Shown here: positions 28,601 to 41,689 of the stretch, in pieces
Numbering within the stretch: the stretch's first letter is position 1
How the letters are laid out: the number at the start of each line of letters is the position of its first letter
Source of the DNA: Eledone cirrhosa
Lineage: Eukaryota
DNA: 64,000 nucleotides
Assembly (NCBI GenBank): GCA_964016885.1
Contig: OZ024741.1
Coordinates: 156,364,001-156,428,000 of the forward strand
Reading direction: 5' to 3'
Made by a program: the position numbers and the translations under genes
The notes under the pieces: generated by a model
Database searches by the model: none
What the model saw: the letters and a program-made list of their open reading frames with translations, nothing else
Told to the model about the DNA's origin: nothing

Positions 28601-31600
28601 GGGGGAGGGGGGGTCCGTTTTTTATTTGGATTACCCGTTTTTTATTTGGGTGCCCCGTTTTTTTATGGGGGGTTCGTTATTTATTTGGGTTCCCCCTTTT
28701 TTATGGGGGTCCGTTTTTTATTTGGGTGCCCCATTTTTTAATAGGGCGGTCCGTTTTTTACTTGGGTGCCCCTTTTTTATGGGGGGTCCGTTTTTTTTTT
28801 GGGTGCCCCGTTATTTTATGGGGGGGTCTGTTTATTATTTGGGTGCCCCGTTTTTTATTTGGAGGGGTCCGTTATTTATTTGGGTGCCCCATTTTTTGTT
28901 TGGGTGCCCCGTTTTTTATTTGGGTGCCCCTTTCATTATGGGGTGGTCCGTTTTTTAATTGGGTGCCTCGTTTTTTTATGGGGTGTCCGTTTCTTATTTG
29001 AGTGCCCCGTTTTTTATTTCGGTGTCCAGTTGTTTATGGGGGGTCCGTTTTTTATTTGGGTGACCCTGTTTTTTATTTGGGTGCCCCGTTTTTTATTTTT
29101 GTGCCTCGTTTGTTATTTCGGTGCCCCGTTTTTTATTTCGGTCTCCAGTTTTTTATGGGGGTCCGATTTTTATTTGGGTGCCCCGTTTTTTTATGGGGTG
29201 TCCGTTTTTTATTTGGGTGACCCGTTTTTTATTTGGGTGCTCCGTTTTTTATTTGGAAGGTCCGTTATTTATTTGGGTGCCCCATTTTTTATTTGGGTGC
29301 TCCGTTTTTTGGGGGGGGTCCGTCTTTTATTTGGGTGCCCCGTTTTTTTATGGGGTGTCCGTTTTTTATTTGGAAGGTCCGTTATTTATTTGGGTGCCCC
29401 ATTTTTTATTTCGGTGCTCCGTTTTTTGGGGGGGGTCCGTCTTTTATTTGGGTGCCCCGTTTTTTTATGGGGTGTCCGTTTTTTATTTGGGTGCCCCGTT
29501 TTTTATTTGGGTGCCCTGTTTTTTATTTGGGTGCTCCGTTTTTTATTTGGAAGGTCCGTTATTTATTTGGGTGCCCCATTTTTTATTTGGGTGCACCGTT
29601 TTTGGGGGGGGGTCCGTCTTTTATTTGGGTGCCCCGTTTTTTATTTGCGTGCTCCGTTTTTTATTTGCGAGCCCCGTTTTTTATTTGGGTACCCCGTTCT
29701 TTTATGGAGTGTTCGTTTTTTATTTGGGTGCCCCGTTCTTTATTTGGGTGCCCCGTTTTTATTTGGGTGCCCGGTTTTTTTAATGGGCGTCCGTTTTTTA
29801 TTCGGGAGCCCCGTTTTTATATGAGGGGTCCGTTTTTTATTTGGGTGCCCCGTTTTTATTTGGGTGCCCCTTTTATTATGGGTGGTCCGTTTTTTATTTG
29901 GGTCCCCATTTTTTGTTTGGGTGCCCCGTTTTGGGGGGGTCCGTTTTTTATTTGGGTGCCCCGATTTATTATGGGGGGGGGTCGATTTTTATTTGGGTGC
30001 CCCGTTCTTTTATGGGGGGGTCCGTTTTTTATTTGGGTGCCCCGTTTTTTATGGGGGGGGGGGCCGTTTTTTATGGGGGTTCCGTTTTTTATTTGGATGC
30101 CCCTTTTTTTATGGGGGGGTCTGTTTTTTATTTGGGTGCCCCGATTTATTATGGGGGGGGGTTCGAATTTTATTTGGGTGCCCCTTTTTTTTATGGGGCG
30201 GTGTCCGTTTTTTATTTAGGTGCCCCGTTTTTTATGGAGGGGGTCCGTTTTTTATTTGGGTGTCCCGTTTTTTTATGGGGGGTCCGTTTTTTATTTGGGT
30301 GCCCGTTTTTTATGGATGGTCCGTTTTTTATTTGGGTGCCCCGTTTTTTTTATGGGGCGGGTTCGTTTCTTATTTGGGTGCCCCTTTCTTTATGGGGGGG
30401 TCCGTTTTGTAATTGGGTGCCCCTTTTTTATGGGGGGTCCGTTTTTTATTTGGGTGCCCCGTTTTTTTATGGTGGGGGTCCGTTTTTTATTTGGATTACC
30501 CGTTTTTTATTTGGGTGCCCCGTTTTTTTATGGGGGGTCCGTTATTTATTTGGGTTTCCCCTTTTTTATGGGGGTCCGTCTTTTATTTGGGTGCCCCATT
30601 CTTTAATGGGGCGGTCCGTTTTTTACTTGGGTGCCCCGTTTTTTTTATGGGGCGGGTTCGTTTTTTATTTGGGTGCCCCGTTTTTTATTTTTGTGCCTCG
30701 TTTGTTATTTCGGTGCCCCGTTTTTTTATTTCGCTGTCCAGTTTTTTATGGGGTCCGTTTTTTATTTGGGTGCCCCGTTTTTTTATGGGGTGTCCGTTTT
30801 TTATTTGGGTGCCCCGTTTTTTATTTGGGTGCTCCGTTTTTTATTTGGAGGGTCCGTTATTTATTTGGGTGCCCCATTTTTTATTTGGGTGCCCCGTTCT
30901 TTTGGGGGGGTCCGTTTTTTATTTGCGAGCCCCGTTTTTTATTTGGGTACCCCGTTCTTTTATGGGGTGTTCGTTTTTTATTTGGGTGCCCCGTTCTTTA
31001 TTTGGGTGTCCCGATTTTATTTGGGTGCCCCGTTTTTTTAAGGGGGGTCCGTTTTTTATTCGGGAGCCCCGTTTTTATATGGTGTGTCCGTTTTTTATTT
31101 GGGTGCCCCGTTTTTATTTGGGTGCCCCTTTTTTATGGGGGGTCCATTTTTTATTTGGGTGCCCCATTTTTTGTTTGGGTGCCCCGTTTTGGGGGGGTCC
31201 GTTTTTTATTTGGGTGCCCCTTTCATTATGGGGGGTCCGTTTTTTAATTGGGTGCCTCTTTTATTTATGGGGGGTACGTTCTTTATTTGGGTACCCTGTT
31301 TTTTTATGGGGGGTCTGTTTTTTATTTGGATGCCACGTTTTTTATGGGGGGGGTCCGTTTTTTATTTGGGTGCCTCGTTTTCTATGGGGGGTCCGTTTTT
31401 TATTTGGGTGCCCCGTTTTTTTATGGGGTGTCCGTTTTTTATTTGGGTGCCCCGATTTATTATGGGGGCGGGTTCGATTTTTATTTGGGTGCCCCGTTTT
31501 TTTATGGGGGGGGCCGTTATTTATTTGGGTGCCCCGTTTTTTATGGGGGGGTCCGTTTTTTATGGGGGTTCTGTTTTTTATTTGGATGCCCCGTCTTTTT

Positions 31601-32936
31601 ATGGGCGGGGGTCCGTTGTTTATTTGGGTGCCCCATTTTTTTTATGGGGGGTCCGTTTTTTATTTGGGGGCCCGATTTATTATGGGGGGGGTTCGAATTT
31701 TATTTGGGTGCCCCGTTTTTTTATGGGGCGGTGTCCGTTTTTTATTTGGGTGCCCCGTTTTTTTATGGATGGGGTCCGTTTTTTATTTGGGTGCCCCGTT
31801 TTTTTATGGGGGGTCCGTTTTTTATTTGGGTGCCCCGGTATTTTATGGGGGGTCCGTTTTTGATTTGGGTGCCCCGTTTTTTTAAGGGGGGTACGTTTTT
31901 TATTTGGGTGCCCCGTTTTTTTATGGGGGGTCTGTTTTTTATTTGGATGCCACGTTTTTTATGGGGGGGGGTCCGTTTTTTATTTGCGTGCCTCGTTTTC
32001 TATGGGGGGGTCCGTTTTTTATTTGGGTGCCCCGATCTATTATGGAGGGGGGTTCGATTTTTATTTGGGTGCCCCGTTCTTTTATGGGGGGGTTCGTTTT
32101 TTATTTGGGTGCCCCGTTTTTATTTGGGTGCCCCATTTTTTTAAGGGGGGTCCGTTTTTTATTTGGGTGCCCCGTTTTTTTATGGGGGGGGGGGTGTTTT
32201 TTTATTTGGGTGCCCCGTTTTTTGTGGGGCGGGGTCCGTTTTTTATTTGGGTGCCCCGTTTTTTTATGGAGGGGGTCCTTTATTTATTTGGGTGCCCCGT
32301 TTTTTTATGGGGGTCCGTTTTTTATTTTGGTGCCCCGTTTTTTATGGGGGGGTCCGTTTTTTATTTGGGTGCCCCGGTATTTTATGGGGGGTCCGTTTTT
32401 TATTTGGGTGCCCCGTTTTTTTATGGGGGGTACGTTTTTTATTTGGGTGCCCCGTTTTTTTATGGGAAGTCCGTTTTTTATTTGGATGCCACGTTTTTTA
32501 TGGGAGGTCCGGTTTTTATTTGGGTGCCCCGGTTTTTTTATGGGGGTGTCCGTTTTTTATGGGGGGGTTCGTTTTTGATTTGGGTGCCCCGTTTTTTTAT
32601 GGGGGGGTCCGTTTTTGATTTGGGTGCCCCGTTTTTATGGGGCGGTCCGTTTTTTATTTGGGTGGCCCGTTTTTTATTTGGATGCCTCGTTTTTTATGGG
32701 GGGGGGTCCGTTTTTTTTATCTGGGTGCCCCGTTTTTTATGGGGTGCCCCGTTTTTTATATAAAAAACGCCCCTCCCCCATAAAAACGGGTATCCAAATA
32801 CAAAACGGGCACCCAAATAAAAAACGGGCACCCAAATAAAAAACGGGCACCCAAATAAAAAACGGGGCACCCGAATAAAAAAAACGGGCACGTAAATAAA
32901 AAACGGGGCATCCAAATAACCCCCCTCCCCCCCCAA

Positions 32937-33740
32937 CGATTACCTAGATACGTATGACCTTAGCAACCTCTACCCCACAATGCCCGCAAGAGGTAGACCA
33001 ACTACCATTACTTCAATGGCCCAGAAAACCCACACAGAAGGATGGAACGGGTGGACCAGAACCATATGGACACCCGAAAACCATGATGAACTAAAGAAAA
33101 TGATTGCACATGCGATGGGGGCCAATATAAAACTAACCAGAGTGTAATGTTCATCAATACAAAACCTAGAGGTGAACTAGCTTACAAATTCAGAAGGGCC
33201 CTAGATAAACTTAAACTAATTATTAAGAAGGTGGAAAGACCGGGTACCTCCATAAAAACACTTATTAGTAATACATACCCTTTTCAAAGACCTCCCTGTA
33301 TCGATAGGAAATGCATCATCTGTAAACTAAGCCCCCATATTCACTGTAAAACTAGAAACATAGTATATAGCATAAGATGTACTGAGGGACAGTGTAAAGA
33401 TAAGAATATAATGTACATAGGCGAGACAGCTCGTAGCATAGGAGAACTATTAAATGAACACTGGCGAAAACTCTAAGATAGAAAAGACACATCTGTACTC
33501 CACCAACATGCTAAAATAGAACACAAGGGCAAATTAGAGAACATAGACATAATAATAGAATCTACACACAGAAAAGGCGCAATATTTAGACAAAACACAG
33601 AGGCAATAAACATAAATGAACTCAACCAAAATTAAATAGAAAACATGAATGGAATAGCAACATCACAACTCAGAATTAAGGACAAAATGAAAACACACAC
33701 ACATAGAACAAACAACTAACTAAAACAAATATATAACTAA
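32937..33740 (+). pseudogene. Internally deleted Penelope-like (Naiad-like) fragment with GIY-YIG EN, copy 2
   Basis: ORF 33147-33476: VERPG, Cys-rich linker, IVY..YIGETARS..EH, then HQH..EH, EA, LNRKHEW after a stop and frameshifts. Upstream peptide GRPTTITS..W..W..P..KKMIAHAM resembles an RT insertion region. Confidence 0.9.
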
Positions 33741-34384
33741 AAAACGGGGCACCCAAGTAAAAAACGGATCCCCCCTCCCACAAAAAACGGGCACCCAAAT
33801 AAAAACCGGACTCCCCATAAAAAACGGGCACCCAAATAAAAAACGGGGTACCTATATAAAAAAACGGACCCCCCCCCCATAAAAAACGGGCACCCAAATA
33901 AAAATCGGACCACCCCATAAAAAAACGGGGGAACCCAAATAAAAAACGGGCACCCCCCCTAATAAACGGACACCCAAATAATAAACGGGGCACCCAAATA
34001 AAAAAACGGGGCACCCAAATAAAAAAACAACCCCCCAATAAAAAACGGGGCACCCAAATAAAAAACGGGGCACCTAAATAAAAAACGGGTCACCCAAATA
34101 AAAAACGGCGCACCCCCAATAAAACCGGGGCACCCAAATAAAAAAACGGGGCACCCAAATAAAAAACGGGGCACCCAAATAAAAAAATGGGGCCCCAAAT
34201 AAAAAACGGGGCACCCCCCCAAAAAACGGGGCACCCAAATAAAAAACGGGACACCCAAATAAAAAACGGGGCACCCAAATAAAAAAACGGGGCACTCAAA
34301 TAAAAAACCGGGCACCCAACTAAAAAAACCGCATGACACCCATGATTTTGATTTAGATTAAATTCATTTGATTTATGTTAATTT

Positions 34385-34422
<38 letters not shown>

Positions 34423-34461
34423 AAGTAAAACAAAGAAGCCTTCAATACATCAAAAGTCTTT

Positions 34462-34506
34462 ATTAGCCAACAATGTTTCGTCCTATTAAGGACTCATCAG
34501 GGCAAT
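34462..34506 (-). ncRNA. Type I hammerhead ribozyme
   Basis: Reverse complement of 36351-36395. Confidence 0.85.
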
Positions 34507-36350
34507 TAAAACAACAAGAAGTATTATCGGCCAATACAAGCCGAAAACTCCGAAGAATGTGGAGTGTACATACACTAAAGTATTGCAAGATTATGGGTAA
34601 AAATATATAATAAAAATCACTAAGGAGGTGTATAACATTTAGAACCATATTACAAATATAGTCCAAAGCAAAAAAAACCTAGAGCTAAACAAAGGTGGTT
34701 TATATAGAGCGGGAATTATATATAATACTATATAATATAACATAATATACTTGTAACAATATTAAAATTACAATAAAAATTAAAAGGTATAATATACATA
34801 TGTATATATGTATGCACACGTAGGCACATATACACATACATCAATACACATATCCATCTTCAACAGCACAAATTAAACCTTATTAAGAGTTTAAATATAA
34901 ATAAGCATGATAGGAATAAAAATAATAATAATAATAATACGTATATCTAATATACATGAGGTAATAATATGATATGATTATAAGTAGTACATATAATATA
35001 TATTACGCTCCTTTCTATTATTTAATATATTGACTATGATTTTATGCTCCTTTGTATCCTACAAACATTTCTTTTTTCTGTCCCTATTAGCCTACCATAA
35101 TTCTACTTAAGTCAGCTTTTTAGATATCGTTATGTAAATGATAGTAGAAAATTTCATTCCTTTATATATATATTTGTAGTGAAATATTAACGTTTATAAA
35201 TTTTGATTACTTAAACCATAGCTAATATTGTATTGCCTTATTAGATATTTTAAATATTTTTAATATTAATTTATCAAATAGGGTTTTCGAGTCATTTACC
35301 GGGGTTGTTTCCTAAGTTTTTACTTAACTGCATGTGAGACCTAAGTATATACTTTTGTTTTTGTTTTTTAATTTCCGGTTGATTCTATTTATTTATTTAT
35401 TTATTAATACTACTGTGCATTCTATTTACTGTCTGGCCCTTGCTCACTCATCCACATATATGTCTGTTTACCAACCTTGTAATTATAAGTAATTATATAT
35501 TATATTATGTTAATTATTTTATATTGTATTTGTTATTGTAATATCGATCCTTATTACTTACCGTTGATTATATGTACCATTGTGATATGTTAAACTTTAT
35601 ATATCATGTAAGATGTTTATATTTTTGTACCATCATAATTTTGGGTATTGTACAATTTATATATTTTTTTCTCACCTACTCTGTAACTCCATATGAATTG
35701 ATTTGTTAACTTGCATGCCATTATATATAATATATTATATATGTTATTATATTATTATTATAGTATTATTGTGACATCTATATTGTTTGTGTAAATTAAC
35801 TGGAGATTATCTATTATATTATATTATATAGTATATAATTGTATAGTTTATTATATATTATATGTGCTACTTATAATCATATCATATTATTACCTCATGT
35901 ATATTAGATATACGTATTATTATTATTATTATTATTTTTATTCCTATCATGCTTATTTATATTTAAACTCTTAATAAGGTTTAATTTGTGCTGTTGAAGA
36001 TGGATATGTGTATTGATGTATGTGTATATGTGCCTACGTGTGCGTACATATATACATATGTATATTGTACCTTTTAATTTTTATTGTAATTTTAATATTG
36101 TTACAAGTATATTATATTATATTATATAGTATTATATATAATTCCCGCTCTATATAAACCACCTTTGTTTAGCTCTAGGTTTTTTTTGCTTTGGACTATA
36201 TTTGTAATATGGTTCTAAATGTTATACACCTCCTTAGTGATTTTTATTATATATTTTTACCCATAATCTTGCAATACTTTAGTGTATGTACACTCCACAT
36301 TCTTCGGAGTTTTCGGCTTGTATTGGCCGATAATACTTCTTGTTGTTTTA

Positions 36351-36395
36351 ATTGCCCTGATGAGTCCTTAATAGGACGAAACATTGTTGGCTAAT
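36351..36395 (+). ncRNA. Type I hammerhead ribozyme
   Basis: ATTGCC-CTGATGA-GTCCT taat AGGAC-GAAAC att GTT-GGCtAAT: canonical core, perfect stem II, 2-bp stem III, GUU triplet. Confidence 0.88.
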
Positions 36396-37115
36396 AAAGG
36401 CTTTTGATGTATTGAAGGCTTCTTTGTTTTACTTTTATAATTCTTCGGCTCTGTTTAATTACATTGAGCTATACCTTTTACTGTCATTTCTATAATACGA
36501 AGAGGGTGTTTAACTCCAACACGCTCCAGTATTTTAATCCTTATATATATATATATAAATAAATGTAGAATTCTCCCAAACTTGAGAACTCCTACCACTT
36601 GTCTCTACTCTAACGCCGAGATATTTAGATGTTGTCCGCACCTGAAATCGCATCTACTTTTTAACTGGATTAACATACCAACGATTACTCAACCACCTTG
36701 AGCTTCTTCTTTACTTATCACGCCTTCCACTCACTACTAATTTCATTACCTTATGAACACATACTTTCTACCAATATATGTTTTTCTCCCTCATTTCTTT
36801 TTATATATCATTTGAAATATATACCCCCTACTATCTACCATACCTTAATACATACACACCCACCACCTTTATCCTTTACCCAGATCACTTTTTAACTATA
36901 TACCCATATCCAGATCTCATCACAAACGCTTACTCTCTCCTACAACGTTTACACCCTTTCCCCCCATACCTGTTCTTAATAATTGTTTTTATTACTTTAT
37001 TTCAGATTTTCTCAACTTTGTCCTTACTTACCCACTAAGCGTACTCACATAAGGTTATATGTGGGCGCATATGCAGACAGGCTTATGTGTACTTACATAT
37101 ATACGCGTTTTTACT

Positions 37116-37150
<35 letters not shown>

Positions 37151-37183
37151 CTGTGTGTGTGTGTGTGTATATATATATGTGTT

Positions 37184-37222
<39 letters not shown>

Positions 37223-37530
37223 TATATATATATGTATTTGTTTATGTTTTTGTATATATGTATTTGTTTATGTTTTTGTATATATGTATGCTTGTGCTTG
37301 TATATATGTTTTTGTTTATATGAGTATATATGTGTTTATATGTGTGTATAGATTTACGTATATCTTTATTTGTATGCGTGTGTTGATTTCTTATTGCATG
37401 CGTGTGTGCGCACGCGTATGTGTACGTATGTACGTGGGTTATGTACCTTTCAGATTCATTTTTCTAATTTTTTGTAGGGTATTTTGTTTTGTATGTGTAT
37501 GCATGTGGATGTGTGTGTATATGTTTGTAT

Positions 37531-37539
<9 letters not shown>

Positions 37540-37595
<56 letters not shown>

Positions 37596-37605
37596 TAGAT
37601 AGATA

Positions 37606-37653
<48 letters not shown>

Positions 37654-37790
37654 CACATGTATGTGTATGTGTACGTATATTTATTTTTTTATATACATAT
37701 ACACATATATACGTGTGTGTGTGTTTGCATGTGTGTATAGGTATATGTGCATGTATATGTGTATATGTGTATGTATCTGTATATATATAT

Positions 37791-37883
<93 letters not shown>

Positions 37884-38024
37884 GTATATATATATATACA
37901 GATACATACACATATACACATATACATGCACATATACCTATACACACATGCAAACACACACACACGTATATATGTGTATATGTATATAAAAAAATAAATA
38001 TACGTACACATACACATACATGTG

Positions 38025-38067
<43 letters not shown>

Positions 38068-38074
38068 CTATCTA

Positions 38075-38120
<46 letters not shown>
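37540..38120. repeat. Fold-back of TG/TA/GA simple-sequence DNA around a (TA)n centre
   Basis: ~37575-37796 is the reverse complement of ~37882-38090. Confidence 0.85.
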
Positions 38121-38124
<4 letters not shown>

Positions 38125-38551
38125 GTATATGCTTATTTTGTGAATTTATTTATTTTTAAGTTGTTTTCATTTATTTATTTGTTTTTTTCTTTCCTTTTTG
38201 CAGTTACGTCTTTCTTCTCTCTTCTATCTATCTCTCTTCTTCTTCTCTCTTCTTTCTTCTCTCTTCTTTCTTCTCTTTTATCTATTTCTCTCTCTTTCTT
38301 TTTCTTCCCTAACACGGATATTTACGCATTTAAATATTTATGTATGTATGTGTTTATTTATTTATTCTTGCATTTCTTCATACTCACCCCTTCCTTATAC
38401 TTATATCTCGCTCCACATCCGCTTCTTCATCATATTTAAGTTTATCATGTTATTATTTGTGATATATAAATGTTGAGATTTGTTGTAATAAATCACTGCC
38501 AATACTGGAATTGAACCATCAAGACAGTTGAGGTATGTCATACATCAATTC

Positions 38552-38621
38552 ATGTATTTTATCTGACGAGGACGTACTGAAAGAATAGCACAGTACCTTC
38601 GAAATATATATAATAAAACAT
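38552..38621 (+). ncRNA. Type I hammerhead ribozyme
   Basis: TTTTAT-CTGACGA-gg..GTACTG..CAGTAC..c-GAAATATATATA-ATAAAA. Confidence 0.75.
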
Positions 38622-38809
38622 ATATTTTGATTATGTGAATGTCTTCATTTATTAATATTTTGAATAATATTAATAACTCCAGAAAACCTTTTGTAGAGTG
38701 CTTTTAATCTATTGTAAAACTATATTCATTGAGTAATCAATGAGCCATATTAATCTTTGGTTTTATATATATATATATATACAAAAAATACAAAAAATAT
38801 ATGTCCTTA

Positions 38810-38857
<48 letters not shown>

Positions 38858-39096
38858 TTTTTTGTATTTTTTGTTCTTATTTATTTATTTAGTTATTCCT
38901 GCTTCCTAACCACTGTCCATATTTGTGTGTACATTTTTGAGTGCATATATATCTGTGTATTTGTATGTGTATGTATTTATGTTCCTGTCCGTTTTTCTAT
39001 GTAGACGCAGATACGCTTATGTGAGAAAGTATCCGTATACGTACTTTTTGGTATATGCTCGTAGTTGAGTGTGTGTATGTTTACGTTCTGGATATG

Positions 39097-39328
39097 AATA
39101 TGGATTTGAAAACAAAATTTAGGAAATATGGAAGTGAGGCTGGAAAAAACAGGCGAAAAGGAAAAAGGGGAAAAAAATATAAAAAAAATATATATAAAAA
39201 TATATATATAAAAATATAAATCTATTTTTATATATATATTTTTTATATTTTTTTCCCCTTTTTCTTTTTCGCCTGTTTTTTCCAGCCTCACTTCCATATT
39301 TCCTAAATTTTGTTTTCAAATCCATATT
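39097..39328. repeat. ~230-bp hairpin
   Basis: AATATGGATTTGAAAACAAAATTTAGGAAATATGGAAGTGAGGCTGG... is mirrored by ...CCAGCCTCACTTCCATATTTCCTAAATTTTGTTTTCAAATCCATATT. Confidence 0.9.
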
Positions 39329-39352
39329 TAATAAATACACCATGTTTTTTTA

Positions 39353-39413
39353 TTCATTCTGACGACTGAAGACAGAAACAACATCTGTCTTCAAGAAACC
39401 ACTCGTAAATGAA
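39353..39413 (+). ncRNA. Type I hammerhead ribozyme
   Basis: TTCATT-CTGACGA-c-TGAAGACAGA..TCTGTCTTCA-a-GAAAC cactc GTA-AATGAA; 6-bp stem I, 10-bp stem II. Confidence 0.82.
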
Positions 39414-39447
39414 ATAATGATCTTATGTTGTTTATTACACAACTAAA

Positions 39448-40874
<1,427 letters not shown>

Positions 40875-41476
40875 TTAATAGATATTATAAATAGCTTTCT
40901 GACTTCGTTCCTTGTAAATATATAGTTAAATATTGTTTTCTCTCATATACTAAGAAAATTATCACTCTTAGAAAGAATAAGGTATGTAAGGTAGAAGAAT
41001 AAACAATGGTATATCTTCACATCCTCTTGTCTGTCCTTATTCACACTTCCAGTTCAGTTTATGATTACATAGCAGATGAAGCTGGAGAAACAATTTAAGT
41101 AAACAAAATAGGAATGTCTGTTTAAAACAGCGGCAATAGTTGTTAGAGATGGGTAACAACAATACGAAACAAGCCCAATGACAACTTTTCCTCATCCACT
41201 CATTACACCCACGTACCAATAAAATCGAATACCTCAGTGTAATCACACATACACACACACATAGACATAGGCAACCCATACACATACACACACAGCCAGA
41301 ATAATACACACACACGCACAAATATATTATATATATATATATATAGGAAAATGTTTAACCCCGACGACAGAGCTCACTCCATTTCGACGGCTATATCTGG
41401 ACGGCTATTCTGTGCATACTTGTCTACATATGTATGCATACATACGCACACACACCTAAGTATATATATATATATA

Positions 41477-41596
41477 TAGGAAAATGTTTGACCACGACGG
41501 CAGAGCTCAAGCCGTTTCGACGGCTATTTCTGGACTAGTCCAGAAATAGCCGTCGAAACGGCTTGAGCTCTGCCGTCGGGGTCAAACATTTTCCTA
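41477..41596. repeat. 120-bp spacerless palindrome (ACTAGT axis)
   Basis: TAGGAAAATGTTTGACC..GGACT|AGTCC..GGTCAAACATTTTCCTA, 1 mismatch. Confidence 0.92.
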
Positions 41597-41689
41597 TTAC
41601 CCACTCTACTACCCTAAGTATTTATACTCTGGTGCGTTATGGTCCATCTGGTTCCTTGCCACACCGCCTTCGTTATATATATATATATA

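Larger units (their letters stand above)
4389..34330. repeat. ~20-bp satellite array with strand flips at ~4550 and ~32760
   Basis: Continuous TTTGGGTGCCCCGTTTTTTA / TATGGGGGGTCCG variants on + from 4551 to 32759. Reverse-complement units at 4389-4550, 32760-32935 and 33738-34330. Confidence 0.98.
34416..36541 (+). mobile_element. Non-autonomous PLE derivative with ~590-bp inverted arms, each with a hammerhead
   Basis: 34416-~35003 is the reverse complement of ~35852-36441 (identical mirror ORFs 34463-34666 and 36191-36394). The right arm has a ~100-nt extra tail; (TA)n on both sides. Confidence 0.85.

Noticed and set aside
4551-32760. CRISPR-like or telomeric array
   Set aside because: No unique spacers and no cas genes; the unit is not TTAGGG-type and is internal, flanked by ordinary repeats.
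4567-34339. Hundreds of long F/G/P/W-rich ORFs (up to 739 aa)
   Set aside because: They occur in all three frames because the G/T-rich satellite strand lacks stops, and homopolymer indels do not preserve frame.
35003-35340. Possible decayed GIY-YIG tail on the minus strand (..ILNNRKE..)
   Set aside because: Too short and AT-biased to support.
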